This document shows, piece by piece, positions 56,987-64,000 of a DNA stretch of 64,000 nucleotides. Under the pieces are notes generated by a model, which made no database searches, had not been told where the DNA came from, and worked only from the letters and a program-made list of their open reading frames with translations. The translations under genes and the position numbers were made by a program. Source of the DNA: Eledone cirrhosa (Eukaryota). Each line of letters opens with the position of its first letter. The stretch's first letter is position 1. The stretch spans positions 78,120,001 to 78,184,000 of the forward strand of contig OZ024745.1 in assembly GCA_964016885.1 (NCBI GenBank), in the 5' to 3' direction.

Positions 56987-57204
56987 TACCTGAAATAAAG
57001 CCTCTTGTTGTACAGCCAACCATGTTACTCTTCATTCTTTCACTATTATTACTCCAAGTATAACCTGCATAGGGATTACCGCGAACTCGCTGCCTAACTA
57101 TGGATACATCTTGTTGAGTTAAACAAATCCGTACGTTAAAACTATCCACAATACAGAGTACTCACAATCTCTAACTGGATTACCTATAACGATAACTTGT
57201 TACC

Positions 57205-57241
<37 letters not shown>

Positions 57242-58127
57242 CTGTATTTTGTCAAGATATATAAGAGAATAACTGATTTGTTTTCCAAACATACTATAAG
57301 AACGTTTAGTCTTGCTTCAATTCGACGAAGTAAAATTGTATTAGGAATATAACTTTCTATTTTTGAAGGCTGCCAACAAACATGCTCTGAGTCAATCTGA
57401 CATTAGAATTGTAGAAACACTCTTTACCACTAATTTTTGTTTAATAATATGGAAAGTATATCTAGAATTAAAGATTAAAAAATATACGGAAACATATGTC
57501 AACATATATAGAAGATAAACGTCTGTTCGTTGTACAGACATTTCAGTTGTCAAAAAAGTAATAAAACTTCTAGGAAAATAATAATAAAATAAATAGATAT
57601 GAAGGCTTTTGATATGTTAAACATATGAATAAATAGTGAACGTGGAGGTTATTTACAGTACTCTTCCTATAAAATATCTAAATGAATGGTTTCTAAAAAA
57701 TTGCGTCTAAAATACGGAGGATGTAGGCCTTTAATCGTAACGTCATTTCTAGTTTCTATCAAACTACAGATATTTAAAAACGGAAAATGAAGGGATGTTT
57801 CAGAGTTCTAGGGTCACAGAAGATTGAGAGGAGGAAGAGGGTGGGTGATGGGCTCTAGGCCTAGGGCGCGGTGGTGTTGGAGCTACGTGGACAAGATTGC
57901 AAAAGCATTTTCTATATTAGAAATAAGACTATTAGTAGATGGTCCTTCCTAGATCAGAATTCCTTTAAATCAGTATTCTGACATGGCCAAATGGAAAGTT
58001 TATAAAAACAAAATCAGAAAGGACACACATTATCTAAGATTCTTAAACAAATATTTCAGGTTGCCTTTTATCTGTAAATTCCTAAAGTGTTACATTTATT
58101 TTACAGTGTTATTGAATAAGTATTATT

Positions 58128-58235
58128 CCCGCCGAGGTTAACTTTGCCTTTCATCCTTACGGGGTCGATAAAATAAAGTACCAGTAATGTACTGGGATAA
58201 TTGCTGGCCTTGTGCCAAAAAGTAGAAACAGTTAT
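58128..58235 (+). mobile_element. 5'-truncated SINE
   Basis: Starts at cccgccgagg; flanked by the direct repeat gttattgaataagtat (58108, 58231). Confidence 0.88.
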
Positions 58236-58245
58236 TGAATAAGTA

Positions 58246-58339
<94 letters not shown>

Positions 58340-58567
58340 TAAATTCCTGAATAGTGTCAAGGGGTAACCACAGTTAAAAGGGGTACTCAATGAGTTGAGT
58401 ATAAGCATCTTTATTATATATATAGAAATGACTTCCACATGACTAGAACTGTTTCATTCGGACATTCCTGATGATTTCTATATATAATAAATAATAAAGT
58501 TATATATATATGTGTGTGTGTGTTAGTTTATGAGTGTGTGTGTGTCCGTACGTCATTATTATATTAG

Positions 58568-58970
58568 GGCGGTGGATTGGCAGTATCGGTAGAGGGTCGG
58601 ACGCCATGCTTTCCAGCATAGTTACGTCCCTTTACGATCTGAGTTCAAATCCCGCCGAGGTTGACTTTGCCTTTCATCCTTACGGGGTCGATAAAATAAA
58701 GTACCAGTAATGCACTGGGTAATTGCTGGCCTTGTGCCTAAAGTAGAAACAATTATTATTATTAAATTAAAAGGGCGGTGAATTGGCAGTATCGGTAGAG
58801 GGTCGGACGCCATGCTTTGCAGCACAGTTACGTCCCTTTACGGACTGAGTTCAAATCCCGCCGAGGTTAACTTTGCCTTTCATCCTTACGGGGTCGATAA
58901 AAGAAAGTACCAGTAATGCACTGGCTAATTGCTGGCCTTGTGCCAAAAGTAGAAACAATTATTATTATTA
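58568..58970 (+). mobile_element. Tandem pair of full-length young SINEs
   Basis: Copies at 58568-58764 and 58774-58970, both ending gaaacaattattattattaaatt. Confidence 0.93.
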
Positions 58971-59547
58971 AATTTATATTATATATCTAATGTGTTTGTA
59001 TACATACTCAATGCCTGCACACTAATATATTCCCACAAACAATTGTATCAGTGTACTCTGCATACACAATGCGTACAGCACGAGTAACAACAAATAAAAT
59101 TTAAATATCTATAAAGCTTTAATCAAACAATGAAGATTGAAATTAGTTCTGCTTGAGATGATAAAATAAATAAAATATCTGCTTGATTTCATGTACTCTT
59201 CTCTACAGTGACTATATATCCCTGTATTCTTCTTCCCCGGTCTATATTTTGTTTACATCTTTGATACAATGCTTATCATTGAGAATCGCAATGAGTGATT
59301 GAATACATATTACAGTAGTGAGTTTTTGTCTCAATACTGGCATTGTGCAAAGCATCTCATGTCACATACACCAGGAAGTTCAACATCAGAGGAACAGAAT
59401 AGTGAAAATATCTCTATTATAGAAAACACTAACATGATTGTTTACAGTTCAGTGAATATAAATTAGTAGTTTGGTATCAATAAAGAATCATAATTAATTG
59501 ATTATTTCCCCGTAACAGTTGTATAATGACAGCCAATTAACGTAATA

Positions 59548-59801
59548 AATATTTCTACTTTTGGCACATGGCAAGCAATTAGCCCAGTACATTACTGGTG
59601 CTTTATTTTATCGACCCCGTAAGGATGAAAGGCGAAGTTTACCTAACGTAATAATTGTTTCTACGTTTGGCACAAGGCCAGCAATTACCCAGTACATTAC
59701 TGGTACTTTATTTTATCGACCCTGTAAGGATGAAAGGCAAAGTTAACCTCGACGGGATTTGAACTCAGACCGTAAAAGGACGTAACTATACCAGAAAGCA
59801 T
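59548..59801 (-). mobile_element. Two tandem truncated SINEs
   Basis: Reverse-complement SINE tails at about 59550 and 59652. Confidence 0.85.
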
Positions 59802-60849
59802 ATGAAATCACTTACAGTCAAACGCATTTTTCTGGTTGAATATTCCCAATATATGTTATGAGTTCTAGATGTAACTCCCTAAAGACCGTCATATAATGGT
59901 TAGAAACTGACCAAAATTTGACCCTACTAAATGGCAAATAAAATAATGACAAACATCGAAAATTGGTGTTAGTCATTTCACCGATGACTTAGATGCTTAT
60001 GAGACATAATGAGATATCGGTTTGGAACTGCTTGTGTAATTGCTACAATATTTTAATTACTCGATTGCACATACATTAAAGTGGAAAGAACACTTCAAAT
60101 GAGTTTGTGTTAATAACCTACACTCACTTAAATATTCACAGACAGATGGACAGGCATAAAGACAGATAGATAGAAAGGTGGATAGATAGATATATAGATA
60201 TGTAGGTAGGTAGGTTTGTAGATATATAGGTAGATAGATCGAAAGAAAGACAGACAAACGGGTAGGTAAGTAGGTTTATAAATAGATAGATACATAGATA
60301 GATAGATCAGCCCCATCAATATTCAAGTTATGTATATTTAGCAGATTTTTGCTAAATATTCCTTAGTACCATGTTAAAAGTACCCCGAAACGGGGAAAAA
60401 TAAGGCAAAATGAAGAGATTTTACATAATGAAAGTTATACCCATTTTCACAAGAGAAGACCACTTTGGGGTGGGAGATGTCCCCGTCAGACGGAGAGAGT
60501 TGACAGGTCTGACATAGTGCCTTATCATACTAGTATCTACATTACTCCAAGCAATTGCCACATACAATAACACAAGAAATATATTTGTTTTGTTAAATCG
60601 CAGCCCAACGACATTTCAATGAATAACATCAGCTTGACTAAGAATTCTTTTAAATTCTGCTTTTATCAACATTTTCTTTCTTCATCTTTTGCATGGAGCT
60701 TTAAAGAAGTTCTGCTAAACACACCGATCGTATGCCATCTCTCTTAAGCCTTCTTTTCTTCACTCCCTTCTCATCACATCATTCTTACCATGTTCTCGTG
60801 CTATTCCATGTCAACCAGCCAACGTTCGCTATAATATCCAACTATTTAT

Positions 60850-61215
60850 CCTATGTTTGTTCCGCCGGTCATGACATATGGAAGTGAGACATGGGCACTC
60901 AACATCACTACTGCAGTGACCCAACGTAAAACGGAGCGAATCTTGCTTGGCATCACCTTATGTGATAGGAAGAGCAGCATCTGGATTCAACAGCAGACTG
61001 GAGTATATAAGGACATAATCAAGACCATCAGATAGGGCAAACATAAGCGGATTGGCCACATCTCGTCTCGGAGACTATTAGAGCCACAGAGTGGACACAG
61101 AGGTGATGGATAAGAACTAAAAGGTGGCCAAAGTCAAGATGGCACGACGATCTGACCTGGTACCTCAGCACTACATGGCCAAGTATGGCCAAAATATAGG
61201 AAGCTGCGGAGGCCA
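60850..61215 (+). pseudogene. RTE (BovB-like) LINE C-terminal fragment
   Basis: VPPVMTYGSETWAL...TQRKTERILLGITLCDRKSSIWIQQQTGV.DII...IGHI, then RW.DDL. Confidence 0.8.
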
Positions 61216-61410
61216 ACCAGGGATGTGTCCCTCCAACAGGTGTGAGAAGGCCCTGGATTTGGATTTGGCTTCTTATATACCAAATGTCATGCATTTTCCA
61301 TAATCGTCAGATCAGCAAGTTTGGGTTTCCAATGAATCATATCATTCCGCAGTCAGTACTGATTATTGACATTACTGACATTTATATGTTTAAATATTTA
61401 GGCAGGCTGA

Positions 61411-61487
<77 letters not shown>

Positions 61488-61504
61488 ACGCACACACACA
61501 CACA

Positions 61505-61540
<36 letters not shown>

Positions 61541-61574
61541 TACTTATATATACTTATATATACATATATATATA

Positions 61575-61638
<64 letters not shown>

Positions 61639-62232
61639 GACACAGACAGATAGATTGATAGATAGATAGATAGATAGATAAAAGCACATTAACATCAAAT
61701 ATCATTCGTACTGCAACTATTTAATTTACACTGCCTTCTGGGTTTCATTCTGTGCTGTATCAATAATCAGAACATTTACTTGAAGGGCAAGTTTCACGAC
61801 ATTATAAGTGGTAATTTCTGATTGCTCTTAAAACTTTTAGTTCTCAAGCAGTTTCGTCTCGTCACATCCATTTACCATTCCACATCTTAAAACATTTAAT
61901 CGAAACAAGACCCTAGATTATTATCAATATGTCCCTATCAACATAAACAGAAGCCATATAATTTTAGTCCTCATTAGTGGCCATACCAAACTTCTGGTGC
62001 TTAATGAGAAAGCCACTTACGTAATTTATTTCACTTTGATTAGTGTGTCATTTGACACCCCTCTGTTACAACGTCATCTTCACATTTCGTCTGAATTAGA
62101 AGATATAAGAACACATAGTTATTTGGTTTTTCCTGCGGGGTGTAAGTGTACTTGAATGGTGTCCTGCAGGGAATAAAAAGATCTCACTGTCAGCAATTTG
62201 CAACAACCAAATATAAAACCTACTACTACTAC

Positions 62233-62268
<36 letters not shown>

Positions 62269-62567
62269 GTTTCAATGCCTTGCCACAAAAATATACAACG
62301 AAGAGTTGAATCGTGTCGCGAACTCGGCTGTCCGGAAGCTTACTTGCGTTTAAGAGTGCTCACACATGTAAGGTATTACCAAACGTGTATAGAAGTGTAG
62401 AATGAAAGCATGTAATGTTCATACGTTTCTCTGTATAATTAAATCGAAATAAATCGAAATAAAAAACCGGCTCATAGACTAATTTAGTTTACTATTTGCT
62501 TTTGGAGCCTACCTAAGTAATATTGAATTAAATATGATTTTAGCATATTTCTTTTCGATAATAAATA

Positions 62568-62886
62568 CTGGGTGTCCCTAAAGTTGCATAGGCAAAATGC
62601 ATCTTTTGAATAAAATAAATTGAACAACGTTTTATTTAATTAAAATAGGAATAAATATCTTCAACATGATTTTCAACATTTGTGATGTAAAATTTGATGC
62701 ATTTTGCGAGATTCACGTGAACCCGATGCATTAATTCCACATTTCCGTCAATTTGAGCACATTTATACATGATGCGTTTCCTCAAATCTTTAGCATACCC
62801 CAGAAAGGAAGTCAATGGGACTAAGTTCTGGTGAGCGAGTAATAAATAGCGATATTTCCTGTGTCCAGACTTTAGGGACACTTTTG
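62568..62886 (-). mobile_element. Internally deleted Tc1/mariner element with transposase C-terminus
   Basis: TIRs gtgtccctaaagt / actttagggacac, TA flanks; minus strand RSPELSPIDF / LGYAKD...LRKRI...HRV...HVE (the SPDLxPxDFFLWG motif). Confidence 0.8.
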
Positions 62887-63169
62887 TATTTCAAACCAAT
62901 TTCAAACCATACATTCTTGTTACCGCTTATATCTGCAAAGAACAATTACGATCATTGCTAAGTTCAAATAGAAGTTTTGTTTCCTCTTGACTGATATTTT
63001 CCACATGTTACATATCCTTGCTATCAGTTTGATCCTTCCCTTGACAAAATAAAAAGAACAGAAAGAGGAACTGAAAATTACATTCTTGACACCATCAGAA
63101 ATGAAAACCTAAAGTATCCCGGATGCCGAATCCTTTGAGAAACGAAACTAGATTGTCTACAACAAAACT

Positions 63170-63400
63170 ATATTACATATTTCCAAAGACAAAGAATTTT
63201 GTTATCGTCATCATTTAAGCCCTACCTTCCCAACGCTGTTCAGAGTTTGAGAGGTTATATTGACTATAACTTACGGGAACTATTAAATAACTATATAGGG
63301 AGCGATTTAAATAGAATAAGACCTCACCTCCCCAACTCTCCCTCATGCCTTTTCTCTATATCTACTTACCTACCCATCTAAATAACTACATTCTATTCTT
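63170..63400 (+). pseudogene. Possible Penelope-like RT fragment
   Basis: YYIFPKTK...LRGYIDYNLRELLNNYI...HLPNSPSCLFS resembles the PLE RT FYxLPKIHK...LSxYIDxxLxP...YI segment; heavily decayed. Confidence 0.4.
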
Positions 63401-63643
63401 CTTGTCGTCCCCCTTCTTCTTCCAACATACAAATAAACTATAAATGTTCTCAATTCAACAAATATGATAGTCGTATACTTGTTTTCTACAGAAAACAACA
63501 TTTTAGTAGCGATGGGATTGTATAGTAATAAATGCTAGAAACTTATCTACACATGATTTTTACATACAGTTACTTTGTGTTTGTGAGTGTTAGTGTACAT
63601 TGTGAGGTTATGTATATGTGTGTAGGATAGAGTTATGCATTCA

Positions 63644-63687
<44 letters not shown>

Positions 63688-64000
63688 CAGTATTTTATTG
63701 TCAAGAATTCAACTTGTATCACTCTAACAAGTGAGAGTTATTTAAATTCCAGCCCGTAAGTTGTGACAATAACTCAATTGTATTTACTTTTAGTGGATTT
63801 CGTAAAACCAAGGTGAATGATGGGTGACTGTGTCTGAACACTTCTTTAATTATATATTCTGGTTTATGCTTAGAAAGATTCTATATTTACAACATAAGTT
63901 CAGTTTCTCTTAAACACATCCTCATGTTTCTTTTCCTAAACACATGTTTCTTCCCTACCAAATGAATAATTTCACATACGCGGCAAATAATTTCGCTTAA

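Noticed and set aside
58568-58670. tRNA gene
   Set aside because: A and B boxes belong to the multi-copy SINE head; no complete cloverleaf.

Overview
AT-rich, repeat-saturated eukaryotic non-coding DNA, most likely from an octopod cephalopod. That assignment is an inference from the tRNA-headed SINE family, the mariner remnant and the extreme (TA)n/(CA)n load. No intact host gene is supported, and almost all ORF-track entries are microsatellite artefacts. Recognisable elements: about 20 SINE copies with two alternative 3' tails; a 5'-truncated CR1-group LINE RT (36254-37775) plus a second fragment; remnants of RTE, CRE-like, Penelope-like (PLE), mariner and Tc1-type elements; MITEs; and a 58-bp minisatellite. 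The main hidden signal, folded by eye, is about a dozen complete or near-complete type-I hammerhead ribozyme (HHR) motifs from about 10 unrelated sequence families, plus several half or degenerate ones. Most lie next to (TA)n tracts and many sit inside long DNA hairpins whose fold-back point is at the ribozyme's stem I or stem II. Several have unusually long stem II insertions (about 60-120 nt). This fits Penelope-like pseudo-LTR relics and suggests ribozyme-hairpin-primed inversion. No activity or database match has been tested.
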